Source: a virus (Duplodnaviria; Caudoviricetes). From it: a stretch of DNA of 64,000 nucleotides. The position numbers and the translations under genes are program-made. The DNA lies in IMG/VR virus record IMGVR_UViG_3300028888_000055; one strand, written 5' to 3'. The notes below the pieces were generated by a model that was not told the DNA's origin, did not search any database, and saw only the letters and a program-made list of their open reading frames with translations. Shown here piece by piece: positions 1-12,468 of the stretch (position 1 is the first letter of the stretch; every line of letters starts with the position of its first letter).

Positions 1-2
1 AT

Positions 3-1319
3 GATTTTAATGTACTGCAATTTCTATTAGATGATGAGTATAGAGCAATCGCCATTGATGCTTATGACTTAATAAAAGGTACTATTAATATTCTTGATAT
101 AATATCGAGAGTACCACATTTCCAGGCAATGATAGACTCTAGTAGCGTTGACTTTTACCTATTCAGTAGTATTAGTTCTGTATTTAATTTAATGTACAAT
201 ATTTCACATGATCTATTATAGAGAGGTGAATTAAGTTCATTATCTGTTAAACAAAGAACTGACTTTACTAGAGACCTTTAGAACTTCATACAATCTCAAA
301 TTGCTTTAAAATACTTCAAAGATAGAAATGTCAAAATTCCAATTGGTGAAGGAAATTAGGTAATTAATAAAGACGGTGCATTGGTAACTATTGAGCAGGA
401 AGAAGCTTTAGATTTAGGAACAGTAGAAGGACAAGCCGCCTTTAAGCTTTGGATGGAACAATCTGTATTACCAAATTTAAGGTTAGGAGTTGTAGAAGAC
501 GGAAATGATGAGTATATTCAACGTTCATTATTAACTAACAAATTCATACAAGCTCTTACTTTGAATTCTACTACTAGAACAACAACTGGAGACGAAAAAG
601 GTGTTATATCCTTACCTATTAATATGTCCGTATCGACAAGTGAATATAATGAGAATATGTTCGTATCGTATCTTACTGACTTTAATAAGTTAAAAGGTGT
701 AACTTATAATGGTATTCCAGTACAATCTTTATTCTTCTGGTATAATTTAATTGTAAATAGAAATGTCCAAAGCCGAGATGCTTTAACTAAAATATTTAAA
801 TCTGCTATTAGAGATAATAGAGGGGATAATGATATTAATGATTACTTTAAGTATGTTGGCGACATGGATAAAAGACAATTATTCTCTTTAGAAGACTTCA
901 ATATGCAAGATTTATTATTATCTTGTGCTCCAAAAGTCACTAGAGCATGGCTAGTAAATGAGAAGTATGAGTCTAATTAGTATCCTACATTTGTGAAAAG
1001 CTGGGATTCCGACACTGGCACATATAAAATATATAAACTAGATCCTACTACTTTCGCGAAGCGAGGCGGGGATGAAATGGATGAACTAGCTTATGCTCAG
1101 ATGGAGGACGCAGGAGAATTAGACTATGAAACCAACGAATTTACTCCTGTAGGATATAGAGAATATACTATAAGTCCAAGTATGAGTAAAGCAGAAATGG
1201 CTAATTTATATCCATTCTTGCCTTATAATTCTCGAGAATTCAAGACAAAGGATGTAATAAATCAATTAAGTAGATTATTTAAACAAGGTAAAATTTTTAT
1301 TTATAACGATTGTGGCTAA
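3..1319 (+). CDS. C-terminal part of a giant crAss-like virion/ejection protein (possibly virion RNA polymerase-associated); TAG=Gln; 5' truncated by the window
   Basis: Frame 3 is open from the window start to TAA at 1317-1319 when TAG is read through. Track ORFs 381-980 and 993-1319 are in this frame. Ends ...KIFIYNDCG. No RNAP motif is visible in this part. Confidence 0.8.
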
Positions 1320-4206
1320 TAATTGTATTCCAAAAATAATAATAGGTGGCTAGGAATTTGTTGGTTCCTAGCTGCCTGCCCATTCGTCTCTTACACAAAT
1401 ATTGTAGAGCGTATTGGCTAATGGTAATAATGCTTCAGAATTAAATCAAATATTATCTGATATTTCTAGTCTTGATTAGGTGTAGATAACTTCATTTGAT
1501 CAAGTTGCTTAGATAATACCAGGTAATGCTACGTTTATGGATATATCTAAAAAGATACATTCTGAAGGACGTATATATTCTCCAGTAAATAAGTCTATAG
1601 AAGAAGCTATAAGTATTATAACTAAATATGGTAACTACCCAAAAATATTATGGTTAAATGGTGATATAAAGTTAAATGGGGCTTCTATTCCTAATGTCAT
1701 TATTACACCAAATGGAGAAGATATTATAGTTCTTAAATCGAATGATCCTTTTGAGATAAATATAGCATTATAGGAATACATTTATAAAACATTACTATCT
1801 ACAAGAGCAAGAAGTTTCTTGAGTCTTATAGAGACCGCTATGGGTAAGAAAATTACTCAAAAAAATAAAGACTAGATTGATTTAGTATTTAAAAGAAATC
1901 CTGCTATAGCTGCTATAGGAACTAAAGAAGAATATAGACAGTATTTATTATCTATATTCCCAGAATCTGTAGAAACTTCAATCTATTGGCATGGTTCAAA
2001 TTCTGATTTCTCAGAAGGATTTTAGAGTGCACAAAAAACTGAAGGTAGCGGCGCACCTGAAGTATAGGATAGAAATGATATGTATTTTAATAAATAGGCA
2101 TATGCTTCTATTCAATATGTAAATGGTCAAAACAGAACTGCACCAGCAGACGTTAATGGTTTTGCTCATTGGAATAAATTATATTGGGAATTAAAAGAAA
2201 TCCTTTCTAATGGTGTATCTGGAGAAAACTGGAGAAATCAAGTAATTGATACAAGTACTATTAGAAAAGAAATTCCTAATAAAAGAGGTGAATTTGATCC
2301 TAAAAGAAAAAAAGGTAAGACTCTAGACTAGAGAAAACGAGACTATGGCTATGGGGAAGGAGATGAAGAGACTGAAGCTTTCTTCAGAGAAGTTTTTGGT
2401 ATTGAAATAAATGACCCAAATAAAAAAATAACTTTTAATGAATGGGTTGCTAAAAATAAAAAAATCTTCAAAGATATGGAGGGAGAGGCCCCTGGGCTCT
2501 ATCCAGTAATTCTCAATATCAAGAAACCTATTAAAGAAGAAGGTTAGGATACCTATTATGAAGGTCACCGTAGACTATTTACTAAAGCAGCTAAAAAAGG
2601 TAATGATGCTATTATAGGAACTCATACAAAAAATGAATTTGGGTCTGATGTAGTGGTAATGCTCAATCTTGAAGACAATCCAGAAGAGAGAGTACATTTT
2701 TTAGGAACTACAGCAGATTTAGAAGCATTTGCAGCTTGGAAACGACAAAATCAACTTTCAACTGATAATATAATTGAAAAAATACTACGAGATCCATTTA
2801 TAAATGAATTTCTCGATTCTGAAGGTTCTGCTGTTACTGATGGCTTTGCTACTCTTAGAGATGAACTACAAAGTGTAGTACATCAAGCAATTAACGACGA
2901 GATTAGTACAGAACACTACTTTAGATTAGAGAAAGTAATTAGTGGAGGGTAGACTGGAGTAGATACTGCAGGTGTTACTATAGCAAATGAATTAGGATTC
3001 GCTACTGGAGGAACTGTACCCGTAAATGGTTTAAGAGAAAGATTAAACGGTCAGCCTAATAACATATCTAAAGAAGATATGGTTAAATTCGGATTTGAAG
3101 AAATACAAGAAGTCACTGCTTCAAATCCTTATACTGACAGAACGAGAGCCAATGTGGAAAATTCAGATGGTACTGTTTATATCTTAGCCAGTAAATATCT
3201 TGCTAGTGGAGAAGAATCCGCTGGTTATAAAGCTACTTCAAAAGCTGCTATGGAACTTGGAAAACCCTTTGCAGTTGTGCATAGTGCGTAGGAATTAAGA
3301 GAATTTGTTATAAATAATAACATTAGAGTATTAAATATTGCAGGTTCTAGAGAAAGTTCATATTCTCCTGGGGATGCAGAAAGAATAAACGGCATTATTA
3401 AAGAAGGCCTTACTGCACAACCTTGGATAACAAAAAGTAGAGTCGAATCTTCTTTAGTTACTTCAAAATACCCAAGTGCAAACTACAACACTGATAATAT
3501 GAGTGTTTCTGATGTGCAAGATGCTCTTAATAATCGCTCTGCTAATATGATTTCTTACTATGGAAAAAATAAAGCTAATCCATCTATTCCAGGCAATACT
3601 TTTGAGGCAATTTTAACTCGTCAAAGGACTGCCACTACTAGGTTTAAAAACTTATATTTTTGGACACAAAAAATAAAGGTTGGCGATATTGTGGCTTTTA
3701 AGAAAAGCAAAGATAAAGATTCTAGTGTAGTTTTTGTAAAAATAAAAAGTGTTAATCCTATAGACGAGGATGCTAATCCTTCTGAATGGTCGAGCAAGGA
3801 AGGATGGTCATAGGCTTATTTTAAGGATGTAGTCATTCCAAAAATTAGAGCAGCAAAAAAGGAGGGCCTGCAACCAGTGTAGATAGAATATGAATATGTA
3901 GGAGCTATTATTAATGATGACTTAAAGAATGTTTAGGGGACGAGTGAAACTACTTTTACAATATAGACTCCTATAGGGCCTCTTGAATTTAGAAACCAAA
4001 AGGATTTAGCAAATAAGTTAATAACTATTAGAAAACAAATAGTTGGAACATAGAATTAGGAAGCCGAAGAAAAACTATAGAATGATATGAATATGTATGC
4101 CCAAGCTATAGTTACAGGTATTCTTCCTAGTGGAAGGGATATAAATAATGATCCTGTCGAGATGTAGACTTTTATAAATACTGTTATCAATGACGGAAAC
4201 TGTTAA
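1312..4206 (+). CDS. Polyvalent virion protein (~964 aa, TAG=Gln) with ADP-ribosyltransferase-like, SLOG/YpsA (MoCo-carrier-like) and ASCH-like domains
   Basis: GTG at 1312 (MANNCIPK), frame 1 open apart from TAGs up to TAA at 4204-4206. Motifs: IGTKEEYRQYLLSIFPES..IYWHGS (ART-PolyVal-like); VISGG(TAG)TGVD..RTRANVENSDGT..VLNIAGSRES (SLOG); NTFEAILTRQRTATTR..KVGDIVAF..WSSKEGWS (ASCH). Confidence 0.85.
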
Positions 4207-4211
4207 TAAAT

Positions 4212-6149
4212 ATGGCTTAGTGTATAAATAAATTAGAAGTAGAATATCAACAATTATTAGAAATGACAGGGCTAACGCCTGCAGAATTGGACTTATACAT
4301 AGGAGAATACTATCAAAAGAATGGGAAGTGCCCCACTGTAGATAGATTCCTACGTACAACTAATACTACAGCGGCTTTTGTCAAGGAATATAATTTAAAG
4401 AAATGTGGCAAAGGATGGATAGCATAGGACGACAGACCTATTGATATTCCATTGATTAACTCTAAATACCGAGATATTGAAGTGTCCGCAATAACCTCTA
4501 ATATTAGCCCTACTGTTTACATGGCCAAAGTAAGAGCTATTTAGAATAGAGATTTGGACACACCTACAACTTATTTATTACCAACCACCATTGAACAAGT
4601 AAAAGAGCTAGAACCCGAGGTGCAGCTCGAGGATGGTTCCTACCTTTATAGGCAAGGTAACAGAATTTATAGAACAAATTGTAAAGTTACTAGTCCTCTT
4701 TTACTTACATATTATCCAGACTTTGCCACTTATTCGGAAGCTCTTGCAGCTCCAACAGAAAAACCCAGTTACGATAAAAGTGTAATTGACATCATTAGAT
4801 TAAATAGAGGTAAGTTATTTAATGACCAGTATGTAAAAGTAAATACTTCATTAAATTTACCAGGAGAAATTAAGTTCTACAAGAACTTTAATTATCCAGT
4901 ATTTGAATTCAATGATGTTGTTGGAGACCGCGACTATTATATAAATTCTTTAGGAGTTTTATTAATAAATCCTGATGCTGTAAATAGTGATTTAGATTTA
5001 GAAAGAATTATTTTATAGGCAGAAGGCTTTGATGACTCTCAGATCGAAACTATTTTATCTGGATTATCTAATTATGAAACTTATGAAGCTATTAGACAAA
5101 CAGATAATAGTTACTTATTACATAAGGTTAATAATGGAGTAGATATTAATAGTGTAGCTAATACTATTTCTCCAAAAACCCAAAATAATGGAGAAAATCA
5201 TCTAGGACAAATTCTTGATAGGCTAGAAGAGTTATATGGAATAGGGTTCATAAGAACTAGTACAGCAGAATTGCAGTCTAACAATTTTACTGCTATTATA
5301 CCTGATGCTACTAGAGTAAACGCGTTTATATATTAGGGACAAATTTATATAAACATGGATAATGCTACATCTGATTCACCTATCCATGAGTTAGCTCATA
5401 TATTATTAGGAGCTCTCAGAAGTACTAATCCTAATATATATTATGCCTTAGTACAATCAGTTGAACAACTTCCAGATTATCAACAAAGACTTCAATAGTT
5501 CCCTAACCGAACTAGACAAGATGTCAATGAAGAAATCTTCGTAGACTTGTTTGCAAAACATTATACTGATGGTTTAAATCTTGAAATTGATTAGAACACT
5601 ATGGATGATATGGAATATGAAATTGAGCATAATATAGACTCAGGCATATTCCCAAATAAAAGTACTACTACAATAAATTTAGCAGAACTTATGAATAAAT
5701 CCTTGAATGAAATAATGGATGTATTTGGAACTGCTATTAACAGGGATACTTTAATAAAAGCTTATAATAGCGATACTGCATATTGCCGTACAATATCTAA
5801 TATAAAAGAAGAGCTTTTAAAGAGAAAAGAACTGGAAGAATATTGCTCTGATGGAGGACATCATGCTCAAAGAATGATTAACGCTTACCATAGAGGTCAG
5901 AACTCTAATCCTGCTAAATTTTTAAAAGGTCGTATGGCAGATAATGCGAAGGATTTAGATACATTCATAGAGAATGTTAAAAGATCTTTCCATGAAACAG
6001 AAAGGGGGACCTTTGATGTTAATGGAAGATTTTATAAAAATCCAGATTCCTCTTACGCACAAAATGCTAGAGGGGCAAAAGATATAAAGGAGCTCTGGAA
6101 TGAATACAGATCTTATGTAATGTAGAACTATCCAAACACAAATATATAA
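4212..6149 (+). CDS. Virion protein with zincin metallopeptidase domain (~645 aa, TAG=Gln)
   Basis: ATG at 4212 (MA(Q)CINKLEVEY) to TAA at 6147-6149, joining track ORFs 4554 and 5601. NAFIY(Q)GQIYIN..DSPIHELAHILL (HExxH at 5385-5399) and downstream NEEIFV. Confidence 0.85.
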
Positions 6150-6155
6150 TAAATT

Positions 6156-9100
6156 ATGAGTACATGTGTATATAAACTTGGAGGAAGAGTATTTGGTTCA
6201 GAATTGGACTTGGATAACTTCTTATATAATTATCTTGATTCTTTTGATGCGGATGCTATACCTGATCTTGTATTTAGTACACGATCTCCAAAAGCTAACG
6301 TACTTTCAAAAAAATTAGACGATAAAGCAGAGGAGTTAAAGGCTAACGTAGTTAAAGCTGCGAAATTAAGAGCTAGAAGAGACGAATTCGTTAGTGAAGC
6401 AGAAAGCGCATTAATAGCAAATTATTATGGTGCTAATATGGTATTATCTACTGTAGAAATTGCTCCAAATACAAGAATAACTCCAGAATTCATTCGCTCC
6501 AAATTAAAGGCTAACTTATTTAATTAGTGGACTGGACAACCCTCTGCCAACTCAACAGGTATTAGCAAAAATATTGCTGATATTTTAGCAGCAGCGGGTT
6601 ATACAGAAAACGGAAGACAATTAAAAGCTGGAGATATTATTACAGAATAGACATATGCTGGCAATTCTACTAACATAGAGGATATCTTTCCTAAATGTAA
6701 TGATATATTTGAAAATTATGTGTGGCCATATTGGTCAGGTTTAGGAAAAGTAGGTACTGCTATGCACCGTGTGGCAGAAATGTTCTGGTTAGGAGAAAGT
6801 ACTATTTCTATATTAAATGATTCAGTTGTTATAACTGGAGATGATAGTTTTACTGGTGATTTATCCAGAGTTTCTCCTGTTCTTTCTAATGATGCTATAC
6901 ATGAGTTTCTTACATATTTAAATAGTTTAAAAACTGTTTTACAGGCTAGACATGGAAAAAACTGTAAGTTTAGACCTGAGTATCCAGTAGTTGCTAAAAG
7001 CTCTCTCCCAGTAAAAGGAAATCACAAGGCTCATATTATAGGTATTATTGACTTGGTAGTAGAAGACGAATAGGGAATACCTCATATCTATGACTATAAG
7101 ACATCTGATAAGGATATGGACGAGTGGGGCGCAATTAAGAGAAGATCTTATATGGCCCAGTTAGCTTTATATAGACGAATTCTTGAATCATATGGCATAG
7201 ATGTAGAAGGTACTACCCTAGGAATTTTACCTATAAATTTATCATAGTATAATATAACGAGAGATGGGTCACCAAGAGTTAACGGTATAGAATGTCCTAA
7301 AGATGCGAGAGGTCTTCCTTATATTGAAGATCTTTCTAGAGAATAGGCTCTACAACCTTTAGGAGAATTAACTGCAAAAATTAATAAGTTAGTATATGCT
7401 GAAAATCAGCTCGAAGCTTTACCTACAAACTTTATTCGAAATATTGAAACTCATTTCAAAGAATTCTTTCCAAGTTATACCTTTTAGAAAGAATACGATG
7501 ATGCTGTAAAAGCAGGTATAGAAGAAGAAATAAAAGAAAATTTGAATAATGGTAAGTATATGTTCCCAAAGATTCCAGGTGAAAAAGAGCGTATGGAATA
7601 TGATAAGGAAGAAATCTCTTAGCATATGGAAGAATTTTATAAAAAATATGTTACTTAGAATGACATAGCACAAAAGCGTAACATATTTTATATAAAACAG
7701 GCTATTAGGGAACAAGACCCTGCTCGACTTCCAGCAGTATCTTCTATTAACTATGGAGATAAGGGTGAATGGTTTATTCCAATGTTCTCTAGATACTGTA
7801 ATGGTTCATGGGAACCTGTAAATAATAGTGCTCTCGAGAGCTTAAATATATTAGCTTTAAGAAATAAAATTTCTGGGCAAGTTAACTTCTTTATTTTAAG
7901 CGGATATGACTTGAGTCGTAAGGTTAAAATGAAAGAGGGTAATACAGTTCTAGGATAGCACGTTAATGATATTACACCACAACATGCTGGCGTTATCCCA
8001 CTAGAAGCTGATTTAGGAAATATTGAGTTAATGAAAGCTATGGTAGCTATTAATTTGGCATCTAGATCGGTTCTTCGTAAAGGTGATAAGCTCGGCGAAG
8101 TAATGGCGATAAATATTTGGAATTAGCAAGGTAGAACTACCTCAAATAAGCAATTAATGGATAACTTTAATGCTTTATGTGATTACTCTCAAACAACTAT
8201 GCCTAATAATTTCGCAAGTGGTAAAATAGAAGTAGCTTCTGCAACTCAAAAGGTTGCTACTACTATGCTTGAATTAGGATCGTTAGAAAAAGTAGGAGTT
8301 TTGAATCGTATATATTCTAAATATGAAAAGAATTTAGTGGCTTTAGATATTGAATATAATACATTAAATAGACTTCGTAGAGAACTAGAGGATGCTTATC
8401 CAGATTTAGCAGAAGGAGAAGTAGACATTAATACTCCACAAGGAGCAATGTATTCTACTATTATGACTGCTATTTCTGAAATGAATAATGCTTATTATAC
8501 TCAGGAATTAAGGGACAGTTCTTTTGTATAGCTCAATGTTAATACCCCTGAAATGATGAAGTCTTCTAATTTAAGAAGGTTAAGAGCATTAACTAACAAT
8601 GCATTCTAGAGATTACGTGATAGAATGAATAGAGAAGCTGCCGAATGGAGAATTCATTATGATAAATTAATAAAAGCTAAAGGTTATAGTAGAGGTGAAA
8701 AGTGGATTACTGATAATGATTCTCGTCTTTACGAAAATATGATTATTCATAATAAAGAATAGGGTATTCTTAAATTCAAGAATCCTTGGGATAGAACAAC
8801 GGATTTAACTGATGAAGAAAGAGAATTCTTGAAGTGGTATTTGGATAAGTAGGATCAACTAAGATTTGAAGAGGATAGTACAGAAGAAAGTCGCTAGTTA
8901 AGAAGAGCAGATTCAAATAGTCAATATTTTGATGTTCCTTTAATGGAATCTAAAGGACAGGAAAAAATATTGAATGGTAGAACTAAAGGTTTAGTTTCAT
9001 GGTTTAAGCGTACTATACAATGGTGGAGACATCCAATTCAGAATGCTAAACGCCTAGAGGCAAAAGTTTTAACAAATGAAAAAGCCGATGAAGCAAAGAA

Positions 9101-10916
9101 AACAGCACAAGCTTTTAGAATTATGGATGTGTTCGAGGAAAGCGAAAACGAAGTAACAAGAACTAAACTCCTAAAAGAACACGATCTTGACTATTTTACT
9201 ACAAGTGTTGAAAAAATATTCTACGCTTATTCTTTCTCTAAGATTAGAAAGAGTGTATTGGACTCTTACATGCCAGTGTTAAAAGGTATGTATGTAATGC
9301 TAAAGACAAATGGTATGTTAAATAACATTGGTATAGAACAAATGGAAAAATACCTGGTAAATTATGTTTCAGCAAAGATAATGAATCGTTCATTAGTATC
9401 AGACGAATATAAAGGTTTAGCCCATGTTATGAGTAAACTTAGGAATGTAACAAGTGAAGTTACACTGGGTATTTCTCCAAAAGCATTCTTATTCTAGCTT
9501 ATCGAAGGTGTATGGAAAAACAATTCTCGTTCTATTATAAAGCCTATGGGTCTTAATTAGTTCGGACACCAAGAATATAAGGACGCTTTGGTATGGCTTC
9601 TTGGAGATGCGAAGAATCACTTTAAAGTAGTATCAATGGGAGAACTTATTAACGAACAATATGGTATAAATGACCAGGATATTAACGTGTTAGCAGATAG
9701 ATTGCGTGAAGGACAAGATGCTTTAACATTTTAGGGCAAATTAATGTGGATGGTTAGTGCTCCAGATTATATGAACCGTATGGCTATATTTGTTGCTTAG
9801 ATGAAAGCAGATGGTTGTTTTGATGCTCACACAATGAACGATGATGGATTTACAATGTCATATGATTGCTCTAAAGATTCTCGCTTTAATAAACTTAAGT
9901 TTAATAGAAAGAGTAGAGAAGACGTTGATTCTAGAGATCCAGAATATCTTAAGTAGCTAGCTATGTATAAGAGAATGGTAGATGAATTCAATGCAGAAGG
10001 TTACAAAATTGTAGACCCTAATACTGGATTGGAAAGAAGCATGACTTATAATGATAAATTGCCTAGAGCATATACTAATAGAGAAGCAAGAAGTATAAAA
10101 TCATTGGCCGATGCATTATATGGTTATTACAACCATGAAGACTAGTACCTATTAAAGAGTTACTTATTAGGTGCTTTATTTACACAATTTAGAACTTATT
10201 GGTCATCTCTTAAGAATAGATGGTGGTTAGATGGAGGTATTTACAGTCAAGGCCATTGGGAACATATGAAAAATTCAAAAGGTGAATTGATGTATAAAAA
10301 AATAATCAATGAAGGTCAAGAAAACGAAAGAGTAATTCTTATTCCAGAAAGTCAATTAAATGGCGAAATTCTAGAACCATACATGGATTGGAAAGGCTCT
10401 TATTAGGAAGGGTATTGTTAGACAGTCTTAAGTCTCTTTAAAGATATGTTTAGTCCAAATGAAGATGACTTGTCTATGTCTGAAAGAGCTAGACAATGGT
10501 GGAAAGGGAAAGAAGGTATCGATGATACTGTTGCCTACACAAGAAGAGCCAATATGAAGTTAATGATTCACGATTTATCAGTATTCTGCTTAATATAGTT
10601 AATATTTGGTACAATCATTATGCAATTGTTCAAAGACCAGAAAAAAGCAGACAAGACCAAAAATCTAACTGCTATGGAAAAAGTATTAAGATCTGCAGAA
10701 AGAGTAGGACTTTATTCTATGATTTAGTCTGGCTCTGACCTTGGAATAGGAGATGTCTTCTCACCAATGACCGATTGGACTCCTCCTAGCTTTGCAGTAG
10801 CTAAAGAAGCTTGGAAAGACATGGGAGAAGTAATGACTGGAGATTAGAATTTCTTTAAAGCAGTGGTTGATAACGTAGGTTTCTTACGTCAAACTAAGAC
10901 TTTATGGTCACTTTGA
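6156..10916 (+). CDS. Giant virion/ejection protein (~1586 aa, TAG=Gln) with PD-(D/E)xK (AddB/Cas4-like) nuclease domain
   Basis: Track ORFs 6156, 6720, 8157, 8943 and 9963 are all in one frame and end in TAG. The real stop is TGA at 10914-10916, just before a terminator. Motifs: GTAMHRVAE..EYPV..GIIDLVVEDE(Q)GIPHIYDYKTS..QLALYRRIL. Confidence 0.85.
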
Positions 10917-10928
10917 TTAAATACATAG

Positions 10929-10977
10929 AAAAAAAAATGGGCCAACACTCCGAAGAGTGTTGACCCGTTTTTTATTT
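10929..10977. terminator. Bidirectional intrinsic terminator between convergent late (+) and early (-) blocks
   Basis: A-tract, ATGGGCCAACACTC-CGAA-GAGTGTTGACCCGT hairpin, then T-tract. Confidence 0.9.
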
Positions 10978-10979
10978 AA

Positions 10980-11390
10980 TTAATCATCGATTGTAAAAGT
11001 AATTGCCTTTTTACTTTTTGATTCTTCTTTAGGAAGATGAACATTTAAAATACCATTCTTAAGATCTACTTTAACATTCTGATAATCAATATCATCATTT
11101 AAAGCTATCTTCCTTTCACATTTCTCAGAAAAGAATTCACTGTTATCTTCATAACTTTCATCTTTACTGCGTTCGCCAGAAACTATCAATATATTGTCCT
11201 TTATTGCTACCTTCAGCTCTTCTTTACTAAAACCAGGCACCATTACTTGAACTGTATAGGAATCATCTTCCTCTTTCATTCTAACAGGTACAATATAGTC
11301 AGTTATCTCGCATTTAGGTAAATTAAGTTCTCCAAATTTGCTAAGAGAATCTCTTAAATAGTTTTGAATTTCTTTAAAAGAATTACTCAT
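10980..11390 (-). CDS. Small heat shock protein (Hsp20/alpha-crystallin)
   Basis: VPGFSKEELKVAIKDNILIVSGER..KNGILNVHLPK. Confidence 0.9.
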   Translation of the reverse strand: MSNSFKEIQNYLRDSLSKFGELNLPKCEITDYIVPVRMKEEDDSYTVQVMVPGFSKEELKVAIKDNILIVSGERSKDESYEDNSEFFSEKCERKIALNDDIDYQNVKVDLKNGILNVHLPKEESKSKKAITFTIDD

Positions 11391-11394
11391 TGTG

Positions 11395-12468
11395 TTAAAA
11401 TCCTATTTTCTTTTCAGTTTTAACCCCATTATCTTCCTGGTAATTAAAGACATCACAAAGAGGCATTTCCTTAGGCGTTTCGTTAATATTGAACTTTTCA
11501 AATAGTTGTTTAACTTTATCCTTAGTCAATTTACCAAATTCATACTTCAATTTTAGTCTTCCCTTTCTTAACAATGCAGAATCTACATTTGTCAGACTAT
11601 CATTAAAAGTACATATAAATTTGAGGTTCAAAGAATCTCCCAACATTCCATCTGAAATATTCAATATGGGAGTAATCAGGGTATTGTAATTACTTCCCCT
11701 GTCTTTTAATACCATCTCACAATCTTCTAATATAAATACAGAATCTTTACATTTAAATAAAAAGTCCATAAATGCAGTAGAATTTATTTGAGAGAACATA
11801 GAGCTATCTAACCAATAGAACTTAATATCAGGATTATCTGTTATAAGTTTTCTTATAAGGAAAGATTTTCCAGTTCCAGGATCTCCATGAAGTAAAACTA
11901 AAGCACTACTTTCAGCTTTTATAATTTCCTCTATTTTATCATAAGGAAGATCATCATTATAGTTACTCTCCAAATCTACTTCATCTTGTCTAATTGGCAT
12001 CAAATTAACGTTGAATCTACCGTTATTATCTACAGATACAAATTTAAGATTAGCCTTATCACCAAGTTCATCAACTATACAATCAATAATCTTTTGACTT
12101 TTCTTTTCATTAATATTAAATATAGTACCCCTAAATAAGATAAATTCATTGGTTACTACAAACTTATAAGATTTCCATACATGCACGTAGCATTCGAAAT
12201 TCTTTATAATTTTTTCAGTAGTTTCATCAATGTTGATTTTACCTTTTGGATGATATTCTCCTTCTTCGTCCCAATTTTCATCACTAGCCTTTTCTTCAAG
12301 TGTTAATTCATCAAAGAAGTACATTACATGAGGGACCTTACCATAAATCTTTATAAATAAGGCATAACAGAAAGCATCATCATTAGTATTTTCTATTGTT
12401 ATTGATTCTTTAGAAGCTAATTCGTAAATAGCATTTAAAGTTTTGTCTTTTAATTCTTCTTTCGTCAT
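11395..12468 (-). CDS. AAA+ ATPase
   Basis: Walker A LHGDPGTGKS, Walker B ILEDCE, second region of homology DSALLRKGRL. Confidence 0.9.
   Translation of the reverse strand: MTKEELKDKTLNAIYELASKESITIENTNDDAFCYALFIKIYGKVPHVMYFFDELTLEEKASDENWDEEGEYHPKGKINIDETTEKIIKNFECYVHVWKSYKFVVTNEFILFRGTIFNINEKKSQKIIDCIVDELGDKANLKFVSVDNNGRFNVNLMPIRQDEVDLESNYNDDLPYDKIEEIIKAESSALVLLHGDPGTGKSFLIRKLITDNPDIKFYWLDSSMFSQINSTAFMDFLFKCKDSVFILEDCEMVLKDRGSNYNTLITPILNISDGMLGDSLNLKFICTFNDSLTNVDSALLRKGRLKLKYEFGKLTKDKVKQLFEKFNINETPKEMPLCDVFNYQEDNGVKTEKKIGF

Noticed and set aside
1-10916. Pseudogenes or frameshifted fragments suggested by many short ORFs
   Set aside because: The fragments stay in frame and are broken only by TAG, with conserved motifs spanning the TAGs. 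This is recoding, not decay.
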